DNA of 64,000 nucleotides. Origin: Camelus dromedarius. Taxonomy: Eukaryota. The notes beneath the pieces were generated by a model that worked only from the letters and a program-made list of their open reading frames with translations, searched no databases and was not told where the DNA came from. How positions within the stretch are numbered: the first letter of the stretch is position 1; every line of letters begins with the position of its first letter. The stretch covers positions 10,604,001 through 10,668,000 of the forward strand of contig NC_087437.1 in assembly GCF_036321535.1 (NCBI RefSeq), given 5' to 3'. The translations under genes were made by a program, and so were the position numbers. Below are positions 11,365-23,615 of the stretch, piece after piece.

Positions 11365-12890
11365 TAAGTTAAACTTTTAAGATTCAGATAACCATAGACT
11401 CAAACACAGCCATGAGACAAAACAAAGAGATTCCTTGAACTTTCATTGTCTGTTCAGCTTCTTAACAGGGTCTTTCACAGAGCAGAAGTTCTAACTCTTG
11501 ATGAGGATCAGCTTACCAAGTTTTCCTTTAATGGATGATGCTTTTTGGTGTCAAGTCTAAGAATTCTTTACCTAGCCTTAGGTACCCAAGATTTGGCCAG
11601 AGTGGGTTGGGGTGTTAAATTTTAAATCTCATTTCTTATTTTAGTATGATACATTTGTCACAACTAGTAAACATATGTTGATATGTTATTATTAAGTGGA
11701 GTTCATATTTATTCATATTTTCTTAGTTTTCAATCTAATGTTTTTTTTCCATCCCAGGATCTCATCCTGGATATCACATTGCATTCATTCATCATGTCTC
11801 CTTAGGCTCTTCTAGACAGTGGCAGTTGTTTAGACTTGCTTTGTTTTCATTACCTTGACAGTTTTCAGGAATGCTCTTCAGATACCTTGTAGAATGTCCC
11901 TCAACTAGGATTTGTCTGATGTTTTTCTCCTGGTGAGGCTGGGGTTTATGGGTTCTTGGCAGGAGAACACGAGTTAAGGTACCATTTCATCATACCATGG
12001 CAAGGGTACCTGTGATCAGCATGACTGACTTACCACCGATGATTTTCAGTCTGATCACGTGCATGGGTCATGCTTGCCAGGTTTGTCCTCGGTGAAGTTA
12101 CCCTCTCCTGCTACCTGTGCTGTCAACTTTGGAAGGAGCTCACTCCGTCGACTCACATGTAAGGTGTGGGGAGTTAGGCCCCACTGCACACATTTTGGTT
12201 TGGTGTGTTTTCCTTTTCATTCAGTTCTATGTATTTTTCTTCACTTTCTTTGAGACTTCCTGTTTGGCACATGGATTATTTTATGTTGTTTGATAGCTAA
12301 CTGTTGGAGATTTTTCTGCTTAAATTAACTGTTGTTGATTTGTAGTTTGATTCTATTATTGTGGAAAATAGACTCTGTATGATTTCAATTCTTTTAAATT
12401 TCTTGAAATTTGTTTTATGACCCAGGTCATTATCTACCTTGGTTCCTGGTCCATGGGCTCTTGAAAAGAATGTGTAATCTGCTGTTGTTGGGTGCGGTGG
12501 TCTGTGTATGTCAGTATATCCCAGTGGTTGGTTGGTTGTTCATTCTTCTCAGCCCTTCCTGATCTCCTGTCTGGTAGTTCTGTCATTGCTGACAGTGAAG
12601 TATTGAAGTTCCTAGCTCTAATCATGGCTTTGTCTTCTCCTCCCAGTTCTGTCAGGTTTTGCTTGATGTATTTTCAGATTCTCTTAGTTGGTGCCTGCAT
12701 ACTTAGGATTATGTCTCCCTGATGCAGTCATCCTTTCATCACTATGTAGTCTCCTTGTTTGTCTCTAGTGACTTCTTTGCTTTGATGTCTACTTTATCTG
12801 ATGCTGATATAGCCATTCTTGCCTTTTAAAAGATTGTTTGCATGGTATATCCTTTTCCATCCCTTTACTTTCAACCTACTAATGTATTAC
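11365..12890 (-). mobile_element. Cluster of old L1MC/L1M fragments (3'UTR pieces and ORF2 endonuclease region)
   Basis: 11640-12190 resembles an L1MC3/4 3'UTR (cccaggatctcatcctggatatcacattgcatt; ttgtagaatgtccctcaactaggatttgtctgatg). Minus ORF 12434-12625 (RNFNTSLSAM) resembles the endonuclease motif GDFNTPLS. Confidence 0.85.
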
Positions 12891-13061
12891 ATTCGATTTT
12901 TAAGGTAAATCAAAGTACAGTTTAGGTTTTAAAAGTTCTCATGAAGTTTTTTTTTAATTCTTCCAACTAAGGTCAGGCTACAAATGTGTATAAATGGTAG
13001 GTATCACTTTTAAAAACTAGAAAATGGAATATTGGTACAAATCAGAGTAGAGAGAACCTTA

Positions 13062-13163
13062 TTCACTAAGTCAGTCTTTTGGTCATTAAACAAATATTTG
13101 TTAAATACCTCATGTGTGCCAGGAACTGTTTAGGTGCTGGAGACACAGTAATGAACAAAACAT

Positions 13164-13195
<32 letters not shown>

Positions 13196-13698
13196 ATGCA
13201 GCTGGCTTGGAGTTACATCCTAGTGGGGGAAGAAGAAAGTGAAAAAATAAATTATTTTGTGGTCAGAAGGCAGTGAATGCTTTGGAGCAAAGTCAAGCCA
13301 GGAAGAGGGCAAGACAGATACTACCAGTGAGTGGGGGTGGGGGTTGTGGTTTGTTTGGAGAGGGTAGTCAGAGAAGTCGTCTTTGATAAGTTGACATTGG
13401 AGGAAAGACCTTATGATGAGGGAGCATGCTGTGTTAATTTAATCTCTTCCTGTGGGAGAAAAATGTCTGGGGGAGAAAAGGACATGCTTGGCATGTTAGA
13501 GGAACCAATGAGAGACCAGTGTGTCTGGAGCAGAGTGCATGGTGGGAGAGAGAGAGGAGATGGGGTCGGGGGGAAGCAGGGGTAGGTCAGGTTGAATCCT
13601 GGAGGCCACAGAAAGGATGTTAGCTTAGGCGAGATGGGAAGTCACTGGAGAGTTTTCAGCAGATTGGTGATATGATGTAGCTCTCATTTAAAGGGAGT
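13062..13698 (-). mobile_element. L2 (L2a-like) 3' fragment with internal (CAAAA)n
   Basis: cattaaacaaatatttgttaaatacctcatgtgtgccaggaactgtttaggtgctggagacacagtaatgaacaaaac and gatgggaagtcactggagagttttcagcag. Confidence 0.88.
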
Positions 13699-15608
13699 GT
13701 TTAATAATTTGTGTATAGTTATCAATAAAAGATAGTAGGGAGGTGGGAATTAAATGCATTTGATTTAATTTTTTTTTTTTAAAGAGGAAGACGGGCTAGA
13801 TAATTTCAAAGGATTTTTTTTCTCTTCCAAAATCTTTTTCACTTCTTTACCTATAACGGATCAAAAATTATTGATTTTTTTTTAATTTAAAAAATATAAA
13901 CGGTGCTGTGAAATAATTCTAAATGTGACCCCACTAGTAGTAGCATTAGTGAAAAAAAAAAAAACCTCTAACTCCTGTTGAGCAGTTTGACAGGCTGTTT
14001 TACAGGTGTGTGGGAATTCACTAGAGGCACAGATGGTATCGCATCAAGAGTAGCAAAGACTGGAACCTCTGTCACAACTGTAATCTATCCTGGTTTATTT
14101 TCAGTGGACCATCAGGCACTTCACACCCACCACAGCAGTCAAGTGCCTAAAACAATATACCTCCAGCAAGAACAAACACAGTAATTAGGAATGGTAAAGA
14201 GAGAAGAAACAGAGCTACTGATAACAGAGACTAGCTTTGCACAATTTTTAAATTGCCAGGGCCTTGTCACAGGTCTTTTTCTGATAAGTCATTTCACTTA
14301 AAAAATTTCAATGAAGATGAGGACAAGAAAAGACAAACATGAGAAAAATGTTTCTTGTAGGTAAATAAGGAAATTGCAATCACAGTACTTAAAGGATACA
14401 GGAAATGCACAATGATTGGTTTTTACAGATACCATAAAAAGTAGATTCTGCAGAGGTTGAAAATAGAGGATTTATTTGAGATATTACCAAAATCCAATCC
14501 AGTTCACCTGCAAAGAATTAAAGAACAAAGAATGAAACGGTGCCTCGTGCCTTAGATGAAGATGATCTCACTGCCTCTGTTACAACTTCTGCCCTGCACC
14601 CAGAGCAATCAACCACCACAGGCTCCTTAAATCACCGTGAATACTGTGTTTAAATTTCACCAGAATTAAAAATCCTTCTGGGGCATCTGCATGTGCATGT
14701 CTTACACTCTGCTTCAGTTTGAACCCCACCTCTACTCCTAAACCAAAAGGTTATCAGCCTCAAATAGATGACTTTCTCCTAATCCTCCATAGATGCTTGT
14801 CCTGTAGCCAGGATTCTGCAAACGCTTTCTAGTTCAGCAGCTTGGGTAAACTGTAACTGATCAGACGGTCGGGCAGCAAGACCATTAGTAATAGGAATTA
14901 TAATTGTATTTTCTAATCCAAGTTTCAAAATAAAGGGTTCTGACAGTATGTCAGAATCTATGAAAATGAGTGACCAGAAAATTCAAGGTATAGACTTTCT
15001 GTATCTATAGATGAAAATACTTTTATCTCAAACTTGAAAGCCTACTTCCTGAGTGTGTAAAATCCTTGCCCAAAATGCAGTGATTAGCCTGTTTCCAGAA
15101 GTATTATCTGTGTCAAAACTCTATTTGATAATGGCTCTTAATATGTGACAACTTGCTTACGTATGCCTGTGTCATGTGGAAAATTCGATACATTTAAATA
15201 AACCTATGAAAATAAATGCAGTAACTTAATACATCTGGTGTGATAATACCAATTAGGCAAATATTTTTATTATTTGCAGAATAATCTCAGGCTTTTAAAG
15301 AATCAAACTATGTATAATCACTTTTATTCCTTTATGGACTGTCTATAGTTATTATTACAGACAATGCCAGGTAATATCAGAGAGGGAAGTAGCCTGGACA
15401 TTGAACCCTGACACAGAGAACTAAATGTATTAGTGATTCTGTGTGATTTTAGTGACCTAATTTTGCACCAAAGTTCAACAAAAATTTAGTTTAATTTTAA
15501 AAAGTCATATTCCAACATGCAAACTGATTTCGTTCCCAATTTGTCTAACAGTCATGTTAGTAAAAATAAAATAATAATGCTGATGCTGTTCATAGACCTA
15601 CCACTTAC

Positions 15609-15805
15609 GTGGACTACCCTTCTCTTCTGTCAGAAAACTTCCTCATCATCCAGCGTACAGGTGTCTGTGTGCTGAAGTGCTGTAATCTTCAAGAAGGCCC
15701 TCTGATGGCGATAAGCCCATGCTGGGGGTTTCTCTGAATTGCTGTGGTCAGGGCATGCATCTTCTGAAGCATTAAATGCTGATTCAGCAGCACTGGCTAC
15801 ATCAC
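15609..15805 (-). other. Candidate minus-strand exon containing a stop codon (DVASAAESAFNASED...LDDEEVF*)
   Basis: Weak acceptor ttgacag at 15806/15805 and donor CAC|GTAAGT at 15609/15608. The frame is open to TGA at 15630-15632. Confidence 0.25.
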
Positions 15806-18800
15806 CTGTCAATCATGTCCATTTCCACCCAGGACTGTAGTGTTCATACTTGTACAGACTTCCCTGTCGTGACTTTCAGTTCTACTTTTCATTAACTGTT
15901 ACCTAATTTGTAGAGCTCCTTATGGCAAAAATAAAATGTTTTAATTCTGAAGAAAAAAAATCCATCTCTACCACATAATCCAGCATTTTGTGATGTGGGA
16001 CTTATGAAATTCCCTGGCTGTTTTCTGAATGTAAATCTATTTGCACTTAAAAATAAGCTCCTTATGGGTCAATGCCATGTTCCCTTTCGCATGCCTTCAC
16101 TCATATAGCACAGGTCTGGAAAATATATACCCTTTCAGACTCTCTCATTTGGCTTTTACTGTTAATTAGGGTTCTTGTTACTTTAATTTACAAAAAAAAT
16201 TATCAAATGACTGTTTTCCTTGCCTTTGACCTCAATACTTTATCAGTATGTCTCCCCTAAAAAGGCCTCGTTCACAGACACAAAGTTGAGGCTGACCTTG
16301 AAGAAAGAACAGAATATCTTTAAAGTGCTAACAATGCACAGTAATAAAATTCCTGATACGGTTCAAGCAGGTTTTTTTCAGTATATTGTAACAAATTTAT
16401 GTGACTTTTTAAGTAGTGAGCTCTCCTACTGGCTTCAGTAGCTCCATTATTTTGAAGGTCATGCTGACCAGAGAAACGCGTCTCTGAATCCAACCAGAGC
16501 TCTCAAGATACTTTAAGATATCATCCTTTTACAACCAGGAAAGGTCTGAAGGAGGGGAGTCATTTAATCGGTTTTACAGCTGTGGTATCTAGAGTACAGG
16601 GTTAAATGGCATAGAATAGGCTCTCAGTACATGTTTGATCTTGTTCACCAAAGTGAAATTGCTAGGTAAACTGATAAAAAGAGTCAGGATTAAAGATGGA
16701 TCATCCTGACCCTTAGTTTAAAAGCACACTCATTTATGGAGGGCTCAGATCAAACTACGAGGTGTACACCTACTCAGCAAATGAAGGAAAGCTGTGCTCT
16801 CTGGCAAGCTGTGGCACAAAAGATCTTTTCCTTTTAAAATTGTTTGATTCCCCATTCAAGCCATCTCTTCCACCACAAAATTTAACTGTTCTGTGACTTC
16901 AGTAATAATCGTGAAAATACATACTAAGACTTACTCATCGATTTCAAACGTAAATGAGTTAGGAAAATTGGTTTGGATTATCTTTCATTAAAGAATTTAG
17001 TCTCCAGAGAGACAGAAGTTTGTTTTATTTTGCTTTTCTTTAAATAGCAATTTTGAGTTGTGATTCTTAACCCAGATTCTGCAAGTGATTAATGAAATGA
17101 CTGTGGCAGCATCCTTTAATGGACTCTTGTCATCTATTAGAAACTTATTGATGAGAAACACTTAGAAACTGAATAGATCAGTTTGTAGCAGTGTTGATGT
17201 CGACCTAAAGGTAGGAATCATGTCATGACAGTCTCAAATACTCAGGGCAGGCAGCTACCATTTGTAGATTATCCATGTTCTGGGTTTCCTTCTTCTTTAC
17301 TGACAGCTTGTACCGTGAAATAATTTATTCTGTCTCAACAAAGTGCAGATAAGATGTGATAAAATTCCAGTTGGGTAATTTTGCTTTAGATTAGGAGCAC
17401 TTTCTAAAAGTTTTGTGGATTTCATTAAATTAAATAAAAGGCAAGAATTTTTTGTTCAGTTATTTATAATGCTGTTCCTAATATAATGGGCAAATATTGG
17501 CTAAATAGTAACCAAAATCAAGCCACAGTTCTACAACCATTAAAACTATGCTTGCGGCATCTTAGCTGGGTTGTAGTTTATAAATTGAAGTAATATATTG
17601 GTTGACCTAATTTCTTTCTTTTTAGTACTTCGAAATGTCTGTACAAATTTCCTTATAAGCAGGCCTTAATTAGCAAAGATTTTAAGTTGCTGTTCCTATG
17701 AAGATGGGCAGAAACCAAGTCTTGGCAGATAAACTTGGCAGACTGGCAGATAAACTGACTGCAATATTGGAAACAACTTTTTTAAAAAAACTTTACAAGT
17801 TCAGATATATACATTTTGATATATAGTAACAATATATGCCAATAGAGCAGAGTTTGTGGGTTAAATCAGATATGAGTTATATTCAGTTTGTTTTGAGGGT
17901 ACAGATACCACTCCAAACACAGAGCAGTAAATGTATCTCAGGACCCAAAAGTATGAGAGAATGCACTGACAAACAGAACAGATGTGTTAGACGTTAAAGA
18001 ATGAAGCAGTTTTCTGAAATAGTGTTAGTATTGGCCCTAAAGTTGATCAAAACAGAACTTAACCCTGCATATGAAAGTGAGATTTGGCTCTGCTAAAGAT
18101 CATATCTGATTTCTTAAGCGGTTTCATCAGTGTCAGCTGTGAGATACACTTAAGGTTAAGTGACAAGGCAGGATTATGGTGCAAGCCCTGGAGTCTAGCC
18201 AATTTATCATCCTTGAAGCTATGTGGAATGCTGGATAACACTATTGAAAATAGATGACAGAAGGCTGTCCAAACAGCTGCTGCACGGTGATCTAAAATAG
18301 GGAGATCGCAAATCAGGCCTACAGAAGACAAGCTTTAAGGGCACACTGAATCACAGCATCAAATGAGAAAACATAGCTCAGGGCAGCCAGGAAACAAATT
18401 GTTTCTGTGACTGCAATAATCAGAAATGAAGTGATTTCTTTATTGCACAGCCACTGAAAATAACATGATCCTAAAGCTTGCAAACAAGGACAGAATGTAC
18501 AAGTAACAGTTACAATTCAATCAAAGAACAATTTAATACAACAACTATCATGAAAAGTATTAATTAGATCCTTTCTCTAAAGCAATTCACAAACCATTAG
18601 AAATATTTTTTATTATCAAAACATTAGCAACCTTAACCATCTTTATCTAAGCCAGAATTTTAAATTATGTTAGTTTGGTTTAAAAAATAATATCAAAATA
18701 TCCAAAGACCAATTTTCCAGTGTAGAAATGTGTTTTCCTCCTCTAATACAAGATATCATTTTGAGCACGTTAGGTGCTTAAATAAATTGTGGAGTTAGTG

Positions 18801-19539
18801 TATAAATAGGGACATAGACTATTTGTTCATGTACCTCTGAGTAAATCATATTGCTATAATAATTAGAATAATTTAGTTTAAAAGTTATATAGCATAAGAG
18901 TATATCATCAAACTTTAAGAAATGAGGACGAACTGGGCCAAATAAGGATCCAGAGGAAAGTATATTCTCAAATATGACCAGGCTTCTAGCTTAAAGCAAA
19001 TTACATCCCCAGATTTCTTCAAAATAAACAACAGAAACGCAGAATGCACTTTTCCAAAGAATAATAAATAACAGGTTCACAGATTGGCCCACAGATGCTG
19101 ATTTAACATGTAATGACCTAAAATATACGTTTGCATTAAAAACGGAAGATAACCACTGCAAATACATACCAGTTATTAAACAAAATGAAAAAAAATTGAA
19201 GAAAGTACTCAGATATTAACTGATTCCTTTGCAGCAAAGCCTTGAAAAAGAAATTGATTCTAAAACAATAGTTTGCAAAAAGGGACAGAGGGTGCAAATA
19301 ATGGCTATATCTAAACTCAAAGGATAATTTGATACAAAGAGCAAGAAAAAGATTAGAAGAACTAATTAGAGCAGATTAAGAGTTTGAATACTTTGGAGTC
19401 TGTTTTGACATCTATAGTGGAACAGAGCAGGTATTTTAGAAGTTATGATTAATATCCTTTCAAAATGCTTTTCTTTTCACAGATAAGGGAAAATTAGAAG
19501 CCCTTACTTCTTCCTCTGCTCACTTTTTAAAAGTCAGTT

Positions 19540-19955
19540 GACCTCTTTCTCATTCTATATACTTGTTGATGATTTTGTCTGTTTCCCCGTATTTAATCTT
19601 TGGCTGTTTCCTGGACTTCCAAATCTCCTTATTTAGAGCGTTTTTCCTCAAGTTTGCTACCATATATGTTCAGGTGCCTACTGAATGTTTTCACTTGGAA
19701 TTTCCATAGATATCTTAAATTCACTATGTCCAAACCTGAAAATGTTACTGTATCAAAGCTCTTAAACTGTTGTTTTTTGACTTCAGGTGAAGTATAAAGT
19801 CTTAAAGTTGAATTATAGTGCCCTTCGTGATTTACATCTGTTTATCCCAGTTACTCCTTAACCTCCTGGCACAGTGAAGCGCGGACCTTATAGCAGTTCA
19901 GTGAAAAAAATGCATGCCGTTCCTTCTCACGTTTGGTCCTTTGCACATGCTTTTA
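19540..19955 (+). mobile_element. L2 fragments
   Basis: ggtgcctactgaatgttttcacttggaatttccatagatatcttaaattcactatgtccaaacctgaa and ggtcctttgcacatgct. Confidence 0.75.
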
Positions 19956-20080
19956 AATGTATAAAGAAACTGTAGAAAAATATGCAATAAACAGATAATA
20001 GTATTTGTTTTAAGTGATGTAATTTCCTTGTATTCATGTCTTTAAAGGCTTTTCAAACCATGGATTTTTAATTATCTACA

Positions 20081-20428
20081 TGCAGTGAAGTCCATGTTGA
20101 CCTGAAACAAGCTGACTGCCAGATATTTCTCCAGCAAAAATGAGTTCATTAGGAATCAGCAGAGAATTGCATTTCAGAATTGCATTACAGCCAGAACGAG
20201 CCAGGTGCAAAGTCCCAGGCAAGGAAAAGCGAATGCTCTAATGGAGAGGAAAACAAAGCTGGGGTGGGGGGCCCTAGTGAAGAGTCCATGGTGGTTCATT
20301 GGCTGAGTCCTTGCCAGGAAAGAAGTCTTTCTTCATCCTATTGGGCTTGGCTATCATTTCAGGGCATGAGAGCGCCCCCTTCTGGTCTCCCTACTCTGTT
20401 TAAGTGGGGTTTCTGTTTATTTTTTACA
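20081..20428 (-). mobile_element. ERV solo LTR of a cetartiodactyl-type family
   Basis: About 350 bp with TG...CA termini. Contains gactgccagatatttctccagcaaaaatg and cattggctgagtccttgccaggaaagaag, as I recall from artiodactyl LTRs. Family name not assigned. Confidence 0.75.
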
Positions 20429-20979
20429 CCCACAAGCAATGGTGTGATTTTAAAAAAAATTTTTAGAGATGCTAATTTGGTTAGGAGTAGTAAATATAAA
20501 ATAATGAATTATGTCTAGTGAATACTATTTCTTCCAAAATAAAAATGTGGGGTCATTAAAAAATGTGACTATCCCCTTCTCTCCCCAAAATGCCATTGAC
20601 ATACCCACAGTAAAATCAGTGGTTAAGGTTTTTAAAGCATAAGTACTTATGAATAATAATATAATTTAAATTATTTTGTTGACATTTTGTGAACTATAGA
20701 CAATAAAATTGTTAATACTGGTGAATTATCAGTGATAAATAAAATTAACAATCTCTCAAGTTACAGCAGCTGTTTTAAAAAGTAGGTTGTCAGGTAAGTT
20801 ATCCTCAGGGTGGAAAAAAAAGTAGGAAGAGGAAGGGTCCTTAGACCATGGAGGCCTGCCAGCAAGACCCAGTGAGAATCCCCTATGGTCAGCAGCTGCC
20901 CCCCTCCCATCTTGCCAGTCTATGCCTTCCTGTACTCCCCAGGTCACAGAGCACTGAAAAAGTGTTAACAGAACTAACA

Positions 20980-21309
20980 CCACACCGAAGAAAACTGCTT
21001 TATTTTCATCTAAAAGTAAATCACATGCCTAAAACAGGACTTTATGAATCATTCTTCCAAAGAGAATGAATTGAGTGTGAACTGAATTCTCATTGATGGA
21101 AAAAAGTGTCAGCAGGCACTTCTAAGCAATACTTGTAAGGTGTTGTGTGGCTTCTTCTGTAAGTAGTCTGTCCCTCCTTGACTGATACTAATAAAATTCA
21201 GAAGGGCAAGAGGTGCTGTATGTACCAGAACTTCAGCCAGCCAGGGGACTGGCGGGAGGTCCTGAGGAGCCGTGCAGAGCTCCGGAAGAATGACTGACTC
21301 CCACATCAC
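20980..21309 (-). CDS. Candidate terminal exon of an unidentified minus-strand gene (coding 21309-21233, DVGVSHSSGALHGSSGPPASPLAG*, then 3'UTR)
   Basis: Acceptor tttttaaaacttctcccag at 21310/21309, a GC-richer coding-like segment and TGA at 21235-21233. AATAAA at 21004-20999 is followed by a GT/T-rich element (gttttcttcggtgtggtgttagttctgtt). A second open frame runs to 21109. Confidence 0.5.
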
Positions 21310-22859
21310 CTGGGAGAAGTTTTAAAAACAAATCTTATCCTGTGCTTGAAAAAGTACCTTTAACCTTTCTTCTGAGACATTTGCATAAACTAGTGGCTTA
21401 TAATCATTTGCAATTTTATGTTCATGGACAGTGAGATTTATAATTTATTGAAATATTGGATAGCTTTTCTCATTTTGCCAATGTGTGGATTTATTTCCAC
21501 ACATTTCTTTATACAGTTTACCTAGAAGGAAATTACGTCTGACCATCTGATTTGAATCCAGTGCTAGGCTGTGACTTAACCTTACCTTGACCCTATAAAA
21601 ATATGCTGATAATCCAATCTCTAAAGTTCTTTTTAATGTGGGAAAATAAAAACAAGAGAGAGCAACAGGGAGATTACCTAGGGTCTTCACTGGAAAAGAA
21701 AAATTAAATAAAATGCCCTTTCCAGCTAAGGGAGCAGGAAGCATGAAGACTCCGTTCACTAACACCACCAAAACATGAGTACCACTTCTGTGGACTCTCA
21801 CGTGAATCACAGAACAAGGAAATTGAAAACGAAAATACAGTTAAGTTCAAGCAGTTCTCAGCTTCTACACTAGTTATGTTTCAGATCTTGGTCTGTCCAC
21901 CTTAGTGCCTAGAGTCTTGAATTCACTTACACAAATTATTTTGCATATAGTTCTTAAAGTCCGAAGATCGTTCATTTAAAAAAATAATGCCAGCCACGAT
22001 GTCCCTGAAATACAGAATATCATTAGCAAATCCAGCTCTGAATCAAAGGAAAGCATACTCAATGGTGCAATAAAAGACTGATATCTACACTGTTCACATG
22101 GACTGAGAACCCCTCAGATCAAAGTGATTGACCATGGGTGCATAAGCACTTCCACAGGAGATGTGAAAATGGGGCCGTGGATGAGGAAGGTTGGGGAGGC
22201 CAGCTGTCAGCAAGACCTTTTTCCTGACCATGGAGCCTGTGCATTAAATATGAAGAGAAGGCGTAGGACCCAGGAGCCCTGTTAAGGGGACATGGGAAAG
22301 GGCCGACCTCACAGAGCTGCCTGCCCCCTTTCTTGATGCCATCATTGTCTGCGTCCTGTTACCGTAGACCCACATCTCTGTTTCCTTCCTGTATTTAAGG
22401 GGAACACTGGGAGGTGTGGCTACAGGCAGCAGCGGACAAAATGGGGAAGAAGAGGGGAATTCAAAAGCAATGGGAAATACTGAAGGGAACTCGTGGCATT
22501 TCCCAAGTCCATTTGCCTGCAGTGAGCTAGGTGACTTGAGCAGTCAAAGACCCTGTTTACAGAAATTTTAACAGGATATTTTGGTGGATTTTTAAATTCC
22601 CAATAGAGACGTTTAGCAATTTTATGGAGTATTTTTCATGGCACTCAAATTCGCCTGATAATTCTCACTGTGCTTTCAAGGTGAAGTAACAGCGCTAGCT
22701 CTGCTGTGTTTTCACTGGCAGTTAATTTCGTGGCAGGTGACACTACCTGGAAGACCCCGTCCTGCTCTTCCTGGCTCATTCCTCACCAGTCTCCCTGCGC
22801 TCAGTGAGCCCCCTCCCCGCAGGCTGACCTTGACTTTGTCTAACAGACTGCATTCCTTT

Positions 22860-23085
22860 CTGCCCCTACTCTTTGCATATTTTCCTGCTACTTGGATCTA
22901 ACCTGCCCTCCCCTTTTCCAGACTTTCTTCTTAAATGTCACCTCCTCAAATTGTCTCATGTCTGCCTGTCTTTCCCATCATCTGAGTGGTTCAGAGGGTA
23001 GGAACCATGTCCCTTTTGTTTACCAGCCTATACCCAAGAGTTTAGCACCTTGCCTGAGATACCAGTTTAAAGTCTTGAAGAAACG
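22860..23085 (+). mobile_element. L2 3' fragment
   Basis: cttaaatgtcacctcctc, gagggtaggaaccatgtc and tagcaccttgcctgaga. Confidence 0.7.
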
Positions 23086-23615
23086 TGGGAGAATCTCTGT
23101 GGAATATTTCTTCAGGTGTGAAGAGCTACTTCATATTTTTTATTTTTAAATTTCCAATATTTTACTGATCCCCAGATATTCAATCTCATGATGAAACAGT
23201 ATCAGTACACTTCTGAAAGGGAACCCCACTCCCAAAGATATAAATATAACTGCACCAATTTTAAATAAAAGGATCCTGTATCTGAGAAGTGTATAGACCA
23301 CAATATAGAGTTTGCACAAATGTTAGCAAATCATTGCTACTAAAATGTAACAAAAGGAACCAGAGTTTTCAAACAAGATTAGTATTAATGTTATTCTTCT
23401 CTTAAGTAACATTTAGATCCGTCAGGACAAAAAATATTTTAAGTTAAAGTATCATCAGTTATCCACCTCTGTTTTCAGTCTCCACAACTTCAGCCAGTTA
23501 TGTAACTTTTGTAGTTTTTTCTTATCCGCATACTAATTTTCTTACTGAACTTTTTAATCAGCTCACTTAAGTGAATATATTTCAAAGGGAAACTTTATCA
23601 ATTCAAAAACAAGGG

